A stretch of DNA of 62,749 bases, the filler included, from Basidiobolus ranarum (Eukaryota): assembly GCA_040143965.1 (NCBI GenBank). It is 18 parts of 18 records of this genome, joined end to end, with 100 filler letters (N's around TTAATTAATTAA, not from the genome) between each part and the next. Parts side by side here need not be neighbours in the genome. Positions count along the whole stretch, not along the records: positions 27,979 to 31,369 come from JASJQH010009393.1; positions 31,470 to 34,860 come from JASJQH010009394.1; positions 34,961 to 38,351 come from JASJQH010009395.1; positions 38,452 to 41,841 come from JASJQH010009396.1; 14 more parts are not named here. The stretch is one strand, 5' to 3'. Of the stretch, positions 28,150 to 40,332 are shown piece after piece (positions within the stretch are counted from its first letter, which is position 1; each line of letters begins with the position of its first letter). The position numbers and the translations under genes were made by a program. Under the pieces are notes generated by a model that did not search any database, was not told where the DNA came from, and saw only the letters and a program-made list of their open reading frames with translations.

Positions 28150-28570
28150 CCGGTAAAGCATTTTGATGTTGTTGAGTTATGTCTGATCAGTCAAGTATGT
28201 GAATATATAGAGATTAAACACAACAAGGTTCTTGTATTATTTGACTCTTATTATGGCTGGAATACAAAGCCAAAAATATCTAAATAAAGGCATGCATATC
28301 AATTCAAATTCCTAGAGCAGTAAACATGGTAATTAGCCATTTGAAAGTCATATTTTTGCAAAAATTGCTTAAAATAAATAATGCATACCAAATATATGGA
28401 TCAATATTCAACATGTATGAATACCATCAAAATACTGTCAAGAGACTGCCATCACACCATTAAAATCCCTGGCAGTATGCAAGCCACCAATGTTGTGATG
28501 GTTCTCTGATGGTTTTATGCTTTAGAAGGATGGCTCCAATCCAAATCAAATTGATTTTATTTTTGTCAGT
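28150..28570 (+). mobile_element. CACTA right-end fragment
   Basis: Homologous to 250-670. Confidence 0.78.
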
Positions 28571-29861
28571 TATCAATAAAGATTCTTGCCATAGTATCTT
28601 CCCTGTCCAGTCTTGTGTTGTCTTGTTTTGTGATTTACACCCAAGTACTCTCCTGCCTTCTAGCCTCTTGTTGTTGTTTCCAGTCCTTGTCCAGTACCTA
28701 ATTGTGACAGTTTCATTGGACTACTTCCACTTGCCTGTAGACTTCTCTCCATCCCTGTTCTCTAACCTTGAAACCCCCTAGATTGGCTTCCCTCTTATTT
28801 CCCATCTTTCCCAAGCTTTCCTGCTAAGGCAAAGGTACCTTTTATCTTTTGATAGTTGCACCAAGTGCATAATTGTCAAGACACTACTGGTTGAATTTAC
28901 AGTTGTTTTTCACAAAGAAGCTTTAGTACTTGATCAAGAACAAAGGATGTTGATACCAGCATAATCTTTTGTTAAGGCACCAATCATTTCTTCAATAGAA
29001 AGTTGGACATTGGAATGTGATTATCATTCCTAGAGAAACTTGTGGTTTTAAAACTTCCCCGTCCCAACATAGTAAGTATTGTGTCTACCCCAGCCCTCAC
29101 AATGGAAGATATCATGTGAGCTCTTACTCAGCTTTAGCAAAAAAATCAAGCACTTTGTGCTTCTCTTGCTCAGGTACAGAGTCCAGCTCCACCCAAATAT
29201 CCTGCAAATCCAACTCTTGAACCCAATATCTCCTTCCCAAATTAGTTTGATGGCCCTTGCCAAAACTATCATGGTTTTATTAGCCAAGTAAAGCTCATCA
29301 TCCAGTTACATACCCATCACTACCCCTTGGACTAAACAAAAGTAGACATGGTGGGTGCACTATTATCAGGAACAGCTCTAGCTTAGTTTGCTCCTTTGAT
29401 GGAAAGTCAATCTCCACTTCTTTCAAGCTTCCTTGCCTTTCTTGCTGAACTGGAAGCCACATTTGGAAATGCAGATAAGGAAAGAACGTCAGCCACCAGT
29501 ATCCATGCACTTAAACAAGGGTCAAAGCCTTCATCAACTTATGCTGCAGAATTCCATATTCTTGCCTGTGATCTCTATTGGGGAGAATCTACCCTAATCA
29601 ACCAATTCCAACATGGACTCCAAGAAAATATTAAGGATCTGTTACTCACTATGGCTGACCCAGTGATCTTGACTGATACTATCCATCAGGCAGTTAAATG
29701 TCACAACTGGTTGTTTGAAAGACCACAACAAAGAAATATGACTCCTTTCTTCTCTCCTTCCTCATCTACTTTCAGACCTCCCTTGCATCAAGCACAAAAT
29801 ACAGCTCAAGCAGGTGACCCAATGCAAGTTGATGGAACTTGATTAGAAAGCTTAGCCCTGA
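28571..29861 (+). mobile_element. Gypsy 5' LTR end, leader and gag (PEG10-like retrotransposon gag), degenerate
   Basis: LTR ends TGTGACA at 28709. gag motifs LKQGSKPSSTYAAEF...W.ESTLINQFQHGL..NIKDLL and GDPMQVD. Confidence 0.85.
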
Positions 29862-30712
29862 TGTTGAAGTTAGCTTTGCCTAAATACCTATATTGTCATA
29901 TATAGCTTAGTACTTAGTTATCCTATAATTCACAAAGATATTATTGACTATTCTCAATTGAAATTGACTTTGTGTATATGGAAAACAAGCCAGGCAACAG
30001 TTCACAAGCTCTGGTTTAATAAAATCTGTCAAAAAATTGGATCTCATTCATTCAGATGTGTGTGGACCAATGCAAAATTTATCTTTAGGTGGAAAAGATT
30101 TTTATTCACATTTATTGATGATTATACAACATATTTGGGTCTACTTTGTGGAAAGAAAAAAAGAAGCTCTCTCTAAGCTTAGAGAACTCAAAACTCTTGT
30201 GGAGACCAAAACTGGAACTAAATTCAAGAAAATACAAACTGATAATAGTGGAGAATACTTTAACACTATTTAAGAGCTTTGGCAAAGTTCATGGAATTAA
30301 GCAAGAAACTAATGCCCTCTATTCACCTCAACAAAATGGAGTTGATGAAAGAGCTAAAAGGACTATAATAGAAATGGCAGTAAGAAATGCTTATTTCTGG
30401 GTTATTGTACTCAAATCAAGGCCTACATACTCTATGATACTAGAATTTCCAAGTTAATCAAGTCCAGTGATGTTTTGTTTAATGAAAATGAAATAGTTTC
30501 ACCCAAAATGACCTCAGATAATGACAAAAATCAATTTTCTCCTGATCCAATCATTCAAGCTGATTCAAACCAAAACAATGAAGAAAATGGCATTCCTGTG
30601 GACCCTCCAACCAAAATTTTGCCCACTAAACTATCCAATAAAATGCCAAAAGTTGTAGTACCTTTATCCCAAACTAGTAATCAAGTTCAATCAGAAATAG
30701 CCTTGATTACAA
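29862..30712 (+). mobile_element. Internally deleted Copia: family-A LTR start plus integrase pieces
   Basis: TGTTGAAGTTAGC LTR start, then DLIHSDVCGPMQ, TDNSGEY and YSPQQNGVDERAKRTI. Confidence 0.85.
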
Positions 30713-31327
30713 TACCCTAACAGAAATTTGAGGATTGTTATCATAGGAAAACTGTCACAGTTTTAATCCATTTGGGATTGACTGTTTACTTACTGTTCTA
30801 AAATCAACAAGTTAGATTTAATTTTAATCAATTTTTTCAGTTTCAGGAGTGATATTTCAAGATCTTGCAAAATAGTTGCACATGATTGGCTACAATCTCA
30901 GAGAACTAAGGATCAGTATATGTGTGAAAAACGTAACTCAAATTTTACACAATTACCACTTGAAAGCTGATTTGTCACTTTCAAAATCCCTAGTCTCTTT
31001 GATATATTCTCCTGAATATTTTTATAGAGTTCTTCATACCCAAGGTTTAGCTCATACCCAACACAAGTTTGTATCAATATCTCCATCAAAGCCCACCATT
31101 GTATTAATGTTGCTGAATCAACATTCTTCCAGCTATCTGGTGGATACCCTGCAATATTGTGCAACTCCGTATTAAGTTCTTCCCAGATATCTGAACAGTC
31201 AACACCATACTGAATGTCAAGCTGAATGTTCTTCTTCTGAAGCCACTTTCTGCATATTTGCACTGCATTTTTCCCTTCATACTTTTGAAAATACTCCTCA
31301 AGCACTTTGACTATTTTTGTACATCCT
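30713..31327 (+). mobile_element. CACTA-family left terminus with 3' end of an antisense second ORF (30913-31305)
   Basis: Starts TACCCTAACAGAAATT, matching the right terminus CACCCTAACAAAAATT. Second copy at 13360-13779. Confidence 0.72.
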
Positions 31328-31469
31328 TGTAGTGTGACACTACTGAGGGTGCTTTGCGGTGTTTGTGCANNNNNNNNNNNNNNNNNNNNNNNNNNNNNNN
31401 NNNNNNNNNNNNNTTAATTAATTAANNNNNNNNNNNNNNNNNNNNNNNNNNNNNNNNNNNNNNNNNNNN

Positions 31470-31903
31470 ATCTTTGATTGTATCAGGATTAACGGGTCCT
31501 GTAAGGCTCTGAATTACATCACCCATTAATTGGGCAACCAATGGTTGACCCACACCGCATGCAATAGCACACATAGAACCCAGACTAATGGAGGAAATAT
31601 TCATAATAGAATTAGAATGCCTTTCAATAGATTTTGTTCGAGTAGTGACATTGATACAAGAAATAATACTTACATGATACAGGTGATATCCCAGGAATTG
31701 GCGAAGCGGTAGAGCTTGAAGTAGCTAACCTTGGGGCCAAGCTCTTCTTTGCCTTTCTTTTTCTTGCCCTTTTTCTTGTCTTCAGCCGCATCGATATTGC
31801 CAATACTGACGACGCGCTGATCTTTTTCGTTATTTACGTCAACAACAACAGGGTTCACGTTGTTGTTGCTCTCGGACGAATCGAGAGCTTCTACCTTAGA
31901 CAT
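31470..31903 (-). CDS. ABCB/MDR-type ABC transporter, 5' exons
   Basis: PKVSYFKLYRFANSWD, intron, then GSMCAIACGVGQPLVAQLMGDVI: typical P-glycoprotein N-terminus. Cut by contig end. Confidence 0.88.
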
Positions 31904-33599
31904 ATGAAGAATAAGGATAAGCTGGGAATAGTATTAAACACGAAATGCAAGAATGAAGTGAAGCGCAAATGTTAGAGAGGAGGAGTATTAGAAGAGTATA
32001 TTATGATAACTGCAAATGGTAGTGAGTGGAGTAAGTTGCAGGAGAGGAGGAGAAATAGTGAGACGAAGTGGTAATGCAATTCAACTAACAGTTATAATCG
32101 ACAGAAAGTTACTGAAGGGCTGCTTGATTTTATAATAGTTGTTGCAAACCGCTGTAGGATCTGAGTCAGTGGTAAGTAGGCGTGGTATGAAAAACAAGAA
32201 TTAATCTGTAAACAAAAAAGGAAATCCGTAACCTTAAAATGTTGTGGTAAAAGTAAAAACCGCAATTTAGGATCCGCAGCAGTATTCAAGGCTTATTGCA
32301 AAAGTCTAATTTCCTTGGATTGTTTCTATTGGTAGCCAATGTACATGGGGTTATCATTTGAAGTTAGATCGAACTATACTTCTTATCTAGTGTCATACCA
32401 GCACTTAGATATCAGCACCCGCAAATATGTACATATGCCCCAACTCATTCGAAGAGCTGTGGTCCAAGCGATATTTCGTAGCACAACTGTTAGAGTTGGA
32501 ATCTTCATTTTGATCAATCTCCTGTACTGCACTGTGTTGAATCACTTGAATCGGGCGGAGTGATTGGAATCTGAGTGTGCTTGTTGGGGTAAAGATTGGC
32601 CAATAGTTAGTCACTAACCAAGTAGCTATTACAGTCCCGTTGGCCCAGGAAGTGATCATAGTAGGTTTGTTTATTTGGTTGGAATATCCAATGGTATCTA
32701 AGGGCATGGAAGCTGTATAATTAAATCAATTAAAATTAATAGATAAGTATTGAAATTAGTGGGATACAAATGCCAGCATATCGTGGGCAAAGCATCGAAA
32801 TCTGACCAATTGTAAGCACTATCAATTATCGAATATCACCTGAAAAGCGGATAAACGGACACTGGACTTGTTTTCATTATAAACAGTATAAATATTCAGA
32901 TGCATGTAGATCCAGTTTTTTTACCCAATTCTCATTTATATGGCGCCATCGAGGCTGCATGTCTGACATTAGCTTTTGTGGTATGCATAAAAATGGGATT
33001 AAAAGCTCATCTTGTATACATGCAGTATGTTTACCGAACCAGTGGCTCATTCGAGTGAAAATCGAAATACGTAACTCGCTATCACCTCGTTAATTTCATA
33101 CTTGGTAGCGCAACACCTATCGATTACTTCGTACCTGTGCTTGCTCAGCCGCACACCATACGAGCAGCAGATTTTTATATCTACTCGTCCGGTCACTTTA
33201 TCGTTCGGAAACAAGAATATCTAAACTCCACGTGATCCAGGATTAGAGCAAACTAATCCCTATATACAAGCAGAGCAATAGAAACGTGGAAGATTACAAA
33301 TCGATCGAAATTCAATCAATATCAAGAAGAGTCAAGGTCTGAGTAATCAGCAATAAAGTCATAGCCCACCACAAGGTTAATATAGGTTCAGTTTCAGATA
33401 TTCAACCTGATCAAATTTGCCACAAATACAACGGTTTGGACAAGCTAGAGAGACTCTGTAAACCATTTGATACCTTCCTTTCCTGCAATCTCATTCGGAG
33501 ATAGTCAGCTGTTTTTCAGTTTCGGAGCTTGAAACTCATTGCTGTGTCCAAGAGAAAAGTGACAACAGATAGAACACATGGGTTAAACAGCCATACTAC

Positions 33600-33922
33600 T
33601 GTTGAAATTAGCATAGCCTAAATATCTATATAGTCACATATAGCTTAGTATTTAGTTACTCCATATTTCACTAAGATATCACCTCAGGAGGAATTTACTA
33701 AGAAGTTTGAAGATATATAGATTTTGAAAACTTGTCCTAGAAGCCCCAAACTTTGCACACATGTTTCTGGGGCCTTCCTTAACTCATTATGAATGCTTTT
33801 TTGTTTACCTCCTGATAAAACTATAAATGTCAACTTTCTACTCAATAAATCAATAAGTGAAAACCGCCAATTCTTCTAGTTTGAAAAACTACTTCCAACA
33901 AACTCCCAAAATATATTGAACA
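33600..33922 (+). mobile_element. Solo LTR family A
   Basis: TGTTGAAATTAGC...TTGAACA, homologous to 1112-1459. TSD not evident. Confidence 0.85.
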
Positions 33923-34960
33923 GTATCTACGCATTATCAAAGGAATTGCATATTTTCCATCGCTTGCAACTTGCCAGATAGCCAACGCCCCTTTAGCCAT
34001 TCTAATGGCCTAATATTTTGACTTTGTATTTAACTCAATGGAGAGAATATGTTTTTGGTGTGGGATGAGTGATAAACTGCAAGAGATAATTACTTCTATC
34101 CCTTACCTGTCCAGGCAGTACTTGATAAGTATGCTCTTCAAATCTAAACTAAACGATTACCTATATTCCAAGTCTTTCAAAAATTCTTGATATACCAAGG
34201 ATACATTTGATATGTAGTCAATTCCACCATTGTACTCTGCGCTGCTACAACAACTATCCCAATAATGCTTAATTGAATATGTGAATCTCACATCAGTGGT
34301 CGCGAACCTTGATCTCATTCAAGTAGGTAGTGGAAAATTGACTTGGTAGAGTGCAATATGGTTGCGTACTTGATGCAGAACTCTAGAAAGTGTTATCAGA
34401 CTCACCTAATTTAATTAGACTAAATATAGCGAAAATTTTAAGAGAAGTTAAAGATAAACAAGCTTATATATTAATATACATAAACAATAAAGAACTCCAA
34501 GTGTAAACAATCGTAATGTATAATCTTCCAAATTCTACCCAATTTAGATCACTTTATGTGCCTCAAAAAGATCTTCATTCTTATCGAGTTGATTGGACAA
34601 AATGCTATTTGGTAAACAAATATTTGATTACGGTGAACCAAATATAGAGATCATGATGGCGTTTATCTTCCTTAGAGATTTATATAAATCCAGCACTGGA
34701 GTCAAGGTACACTTCATATTCAAGCATTATGAAGCTTTTCTCTATTACCTTGGCTACCGTGTGCTTGTCCTTAGTGTTAGGCCAGTTCTTTGATGAGGAT
34801 CTACGTCGTGAAGGCTACATTATTCCAAAGTTGAGAGGCCAATTGCATGATCATGGCATGNNNNNNNNNNNNNNNNNNNNNNNNNNNNNNNNNNNNNNNN
34901 NNNNTTAATTAATTAANNNNNNNNNNNNNNNNNNNNNNNNNNNNNNNNNNNNNNNNNNNN

Positions 34961-35455
34961 ATCCTTATTCTCATAAGAATATGTGTATCTTAATCCCAGA
35001 TCAATTGTCCCCTTCAAATATCTGAAAATCCACTTAACTGCTGCATAATGCTCAGATCCTGGGTTTTGCACATGTTGGCTGACTACTCCCACTGCAAAAG
35101 AGATATCTGGTTGGGTTCCAGTCATAGCATAGATCAAACTACCTACCATAGATTGATAAGGGAACTCAGGGCTTTCAAATGACATATTTTGAGCCATATT
35201 TGGCCAATTTTCATCATTTTGGATGGGATTTTTGACTAGTTTCACACCTGGATCCATGGGAGTTGCTACTGGCTTGCAATTCTCCATCCTGTAATGTCTG
35301 AGAATGTCTGAGATGTATTTAGATTGATTCAGAGTAATAGATTTGCTCAATATATCTGTATGGATCTGCAGACCTAAAAAATACGTAAGTTGTCCTAAAT
35401 TGGTCATCTTGAACTGGACTGATAGATCTCTTTTGGTGTTCCGGAGAGCTTCATC
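34961..35455 (-). mobile_element. Copia reverse transcriptase fragment (open frame)
   Basis: FKMTNLGQLTYFLGLQI, NQSKYI, MENCKPVATPM, YQSMVGSLIY and PDISFAV. Confidence 0.93.
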
Positions 35456-38190
35456 TGTTTAAGTTTATTGTCTTTATCATATTTGTTATCTCTATCTTTA
35501 TACAGCTAACTTTTTCATATATCACATATAAGTTAGTTAAAATTACTTGGTCAAATATCACTTAGCTGAAAATTGGTACATACATTATATATACATGTGA
35601 ATAATGTGAGAATTAGCAATTTCATATTGGAAATTCACAACTAGTCCAAATTGCCCCAAAGATAGCTCATTTTACTCCCACAGATGTTCTGAACATAACG
35701 CCAGTGTTAGTTTGCTGTATTTCCACCAAAAAGTATAAATGCTTTATTTCTGGACAATAACCAATTATCTCACAAAGCTACCACAACTCCACTTTTCTAA
35801 AGTTCCTCCAAACAGCCCATATCTTCCCAATTGATTATGATCCCCATGTTCTAACCTTTACAGCATGACAGAAACCACTACCACCACTTTAATAACTCAA
35901 GTGTTGAAAAACCTGATGAAGAAAATTACAATTTCTGGAAGTTCAAGATACAAATCATGCTGGAAGACAGGGAGCTTTGGGATGTAGTCTCTGGAGATGA
36001 AAAGGACACCTTCTGACCCTTCTTTAATGGAAGCTTACAAGAAAAAGACAAAAAGGCCTTTAATGTCATATGTCAAAGTTTGAAGGATTCACAACTTGTG
36101 AATATTTGATATGCAAAGACTTCCCATCAAGCTTGGACTAAATTGGAAGAATGTTATGAAGCAAAGAGTCTTGCTAATAGACCCTTTCTCAGACAAAAAC
36201 TCTTCAATATAAAGATGGAAAAGTCTGAAAGTATGGTTACTCATATTGCAAATGTGAGATCTTTGGCAAAACAACTGGAAAATATTGGTGCAACTTTACA
36301 GGAAGAAGATGTTATTATGACTCTTCTAAGTAGTCTACCAGAACAGTATTCAAACTTGGTCACAGCTTTGGAAGCAAGATCTGACAAGTTGTCTTTGGAG
36401 TTTGTGGTAGCAAGGCTAATGGATCAACATCTCAGAAGTAAGAATTTGGAAAAAGAATCTGAGGAAGTGGCTCTTTTTGGAGCTGGAAAACGTAGCTTTG
36501 GCAAGTACAAAGGTTACAGAAAAAGCAAAGCAGGTTTATGCTATGGTTGTAACAAACCAGGACACAAGATAAAAGATTGCAAATCAAGAAATTACAGCAA
36601 AAATGAGAAGTCAGAACAAGCAAATCAGGTTTCAACCAAGGAGGAAGTTTTATTCATTTCTGCCCTATCTGTGACCTCTGAACAAGACTGTAGGTCGTGG
36701 TATATTGATTCTGGAGCCTCTCAACATTTCTCTAATCAAAAAAACTGGTTTAAAACACTCAAAACTGATATAAACAAGAAGGTTTATATGGGAGATGACC
36801 GGCCACTAGAAGCTCTGGGAATGGGAGAAATTGAAGTGGATCTTGGGGACACCTCTGGGGGCATGTATTTGACACTGAAAAACGTGCTATATGTGCCTGG
36901 GATAGCAAAAAATTTGTTATCAGTGAGTAAAGCAACATCTGAGGGATATTGCTTTAATTTTGATCAAAATGGCTGTACAATCAGGGATCAAAAAGGGAAT
37001 TACGTAGCTTCTGGAGCTAAGCAAAATAACTTGTATAAACTTCATTATATTAGGCCAATATATGAACAAGTTAATACTGCCACAGCTGAAGAGATAGACT
37101 GGAAAATCTGGCATAGGAGATTGGGTCATCTAGGAGCTGAAAATATGAGAAATTTAATCAAAAACAACATGGTTTTGGGACTAAATTTTGTAATTCCACC
37201 GGATCTGGAGCTATGTGAAGGTTGCCTATATGGTAGGCAACACAGACAGCCGTTTGTGGGCTCTGGAATGAGCAAAATTGATCAAAAATTGGGCCTGATA
37301 CACTCAGATCTGTGTGGCCCAATGCAGACAAAATCCTTAGGTGGAAAAAGGTATTTTATGACCTTTATTGATGATAAGACAAAGTATACTTGGGTGTACT
37401 TTCTGGCCAGTAAGGATGAAGCCTTTGATACCTTCAAGAAGTTCAAAGCAATGGTGGAGACTGAAATTGGTCTAAAAATTAAGATTATCCGTACTAATAA
37501 TGGAGGGGAATAGACCTCAAAACTCTTCTCTAACTTCTGCTCAACACATGGGATAACACAGCAGCCTACAGTGCCATATTCTCCACAGCAGAATGGAGTA
37601 GCACAACATGCAAACAGATCAACAATGGAAAAGGCAGGATCAAGGCTTCATGATCAAAATTTACCAAAACAGTTCTGGGCTGAATTGGTTGCAACTGCAG
37701 TATGCATTAGGAATAGATGTCCTTCTAGGTCTTTATTGGCTATGACACCTTATCAAGCTTGGTTTGGAAGTAAACCTGATGTGGCTAATCTCATAGTTTT
37801 TGGAAGTACCAAATATACAATGATTCCAGACCACAAGAGATAAAAATTAGACCAAAAAAGCCAGAAATGTCTTTTTTTGGGATATTGTGATGGAACAAAA
37901 GGGTACAGACTGTATGACACTGTGAATAAGAAGCTAATCAAGTCAAGGGAAATGGATTTGCTGAAGAAGAAAAATTTTCAATCAAAACAATCCAGGATCA
38001 AGAAAAACAACCGAAAATTGATGAAAATTCTTCTTTTTCTCCCATATCCTGATCAGTGAGAAAAACATTGAAAATCTCTCACCTGCAGTGTCCTCAATCA
38101 AGCCTGAGGTGACTTGATTGCCTAAATTGGTACCAGAAGTTGTAGTGCCAACTTCCCATCTTAGGAGATCCAATTGGATGACATCTCTGC
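35456..38190 (+). mobile_element. Copia element: 5' LTR (35456-35830), degenerate PBS, gag-protease-integrase, nested in another Copia
   Basis: PBS-like GATTATGATCCC, CYGCNKPGHKIKDC knuckle, WYIDSGAS protease, WHRRLGH..CEGC, HSDLCGP and PQQNGVA. Several stops. Confidence 0.95.
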
Positions 38191-38451
38191 TGTAGTGTGG
38201 GATAGGGGTGTTAACTTAAATATTCAGTAATAAAGCTTATTCCCACTACAAATCTCCAGCAAAGCTGAATTTTTTATACTGGAAGCTTAAAAATATCGAT
38301 AGGAGATATATTCTTCACTCTATCTTTAAAGGGTAAAGACACACTTCAGTANNNNNNNNNNNNNNNNNNNNNNNNNNNNNNNNNNNNNNNNNNNNTTAAT
38401 TAATTAANNNNNNNNNNNNNNNNNNNNNNNNNNNNNNNNNNNNNNNNNNNN

Positions 38452-38562
38452 TCTTGACAAAACTATAAATGTCAACTTTCTACTCAATAAATCAATAAGT
38501 GAAAACCACAAATTCCTCTAATTCTCCAAACCACTTCCAACAGGCTCCCAAATACTTTAACA
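38452..38562 (+). mobile_element. 3' end of family-A LTR
   Basis: Matches the reverse complement of 1112-1220 and ends TTTAACA. Confidence 0.8.
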
Positions 38563-39838
38563 GAAAGACCTTACTACTTGAAACTTTCAAGCTTGTCGAA
38601 ATGACTCTAAATTCTGCTTGAAGGTTCAGGAAAGCTTCCCACACTCTACATGCTACTTTATTTACCTGATGATAACTGAATATATGACAACTTGACACTA
38701 TATTTAACATTGAGCAGAAATCCCTTCCCAGAACTTCTTACACTTTCTGACTGATATCAGTAGTGAATATATCTTAGTGGCCAAGTGCAAGACTCATAAC
38801 TTGGAAAATAGAAGCCTATGTTGAAGAAAAGTAAGATCGCCTATTAGATTATTTGCAGATGTTGAGATTTACATACCCTATGAAAAATATAGGAATGAAT
38901 ACCATGGGAAAACCATATATCTAGTAATCGATTTTTTAACAAGCTAACACTTGCTTGGAATCTCTATACCTATTTAGAAAATCTCTGTCTGTTTATAACT
39001 TTCAAACTGGACCAAAAGACCCCAAATGTTGTTCACCGGCTCCTGGGCCCTTGCTAAGCATATTCAATACATTACTTTACTTTTGAAATAAGAGCAAAAT
39101 ATTAATCTAGCATTAGTTCAGAAACAGATTTAAATCGCTGGAGAAAGAAGCGTTGACATAGTTATGAATTTATGATGCCTTCAACAACTTGAAGTATCCG
39201 ATAGTGGGTAAACTCGTCAGAGCAATGATTGTGGAAGGTAATATCTGATCTCACTTTTACCAATATATCTGTAACTTAAAGCAATCAACTACGTAAACTA
39301 ATCATGATTTTTGTAAATATCATTAATGCTTGAAATGGTTGCCTAAGCTTTGATCAACATGGACATTGAAAATTGATGGACAATCAGAAATAATGTAGAT
39401 ATTAGAAATTGGGTTTTCAGGATTTCCACAATCAAGGTACAAACTAGTTTGTAATGTTCATCCTTATTTCTCCATATTTGGATCTTGCTGAAGAGAGTGC
39501 CTTATTCGATATAACTTTATAAAGAGTTATTTACTATACTCGGAAGTAAACAACAATGTTTATCTTACGTCATCTCTCTATCTGGATTCGGAAACTCACT
39601 AAAGATGGTTTAGGAAGAATCGATGACTCATGAAAATTGGGGTTATTTAATAATAGGATATGTTACGTATATAGTAAGCTAGATCTAGATCCTAAAAGAT
39701 TCTTGATTGATCGTACTTTCATTCCTCATTCCTTATGTGGCTTTTCTCCGATTTTCAAAAATATTTTTAGAAAGGTTTTTCTGGGAATCGGAGAAATTGT
39801 TATTTAATATGTTGTATTAAATCAAGGTAGGTTGACAG

Positions 39839-39879
39839 TATTTACCACAACACACTAACCCTAACCCTATTTACCACAA
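39839..39879. repeat. Interstitial telomeric repeat insert with 12-bp flanking direct repeat
   Basis: TATTTACCACAA - CACACTAACCCTAACCC - TATTTACCACAA. Confidence 0.8.
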
Positions 39880-40332
39880 AACAACGGAAACCTTTTCCTA
39901 TGATGATTAAATTTTACACTAAGCTCATATTTTTCTATCTATTCTTTATTCTCCAAGACAAGTAAAAACCATTAGTATAACAAATTCATAATCATCAGAG
40001 ATGCATCCACTCCCAAACGTCCACTCCCAAACGTAAAACCTGTGTTATTTCTAATATTATTAATTACTATTTTAAAGAGGAATAACTTATCTTGCATATT
40101 TTCATCATTCATATGATTTTTGTAAGTTATTCGGGAATAGCCTAGCAGATATAAAAATATCGCATCGTGTTGTTGGGATAATTGGTGCCGTTTCATACCT
40201 GTCAAACGTGCTTCCAGATTGCCATTTTGGCAGTTATAATATCTACAAGTTTTTAATTTTTGCTATTTATCTATAGCAATTATCTATATCTTTATTGACA
40301 TTTACATTTCACGAATTCAATATTTAATTTTT

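Noticed and set aside
32405-33250. Possible multi-exon gene ending in ORF 32405-32707
   Set aside because: Splice-like signals exist but upstream frames contain stops and I recognise no family.
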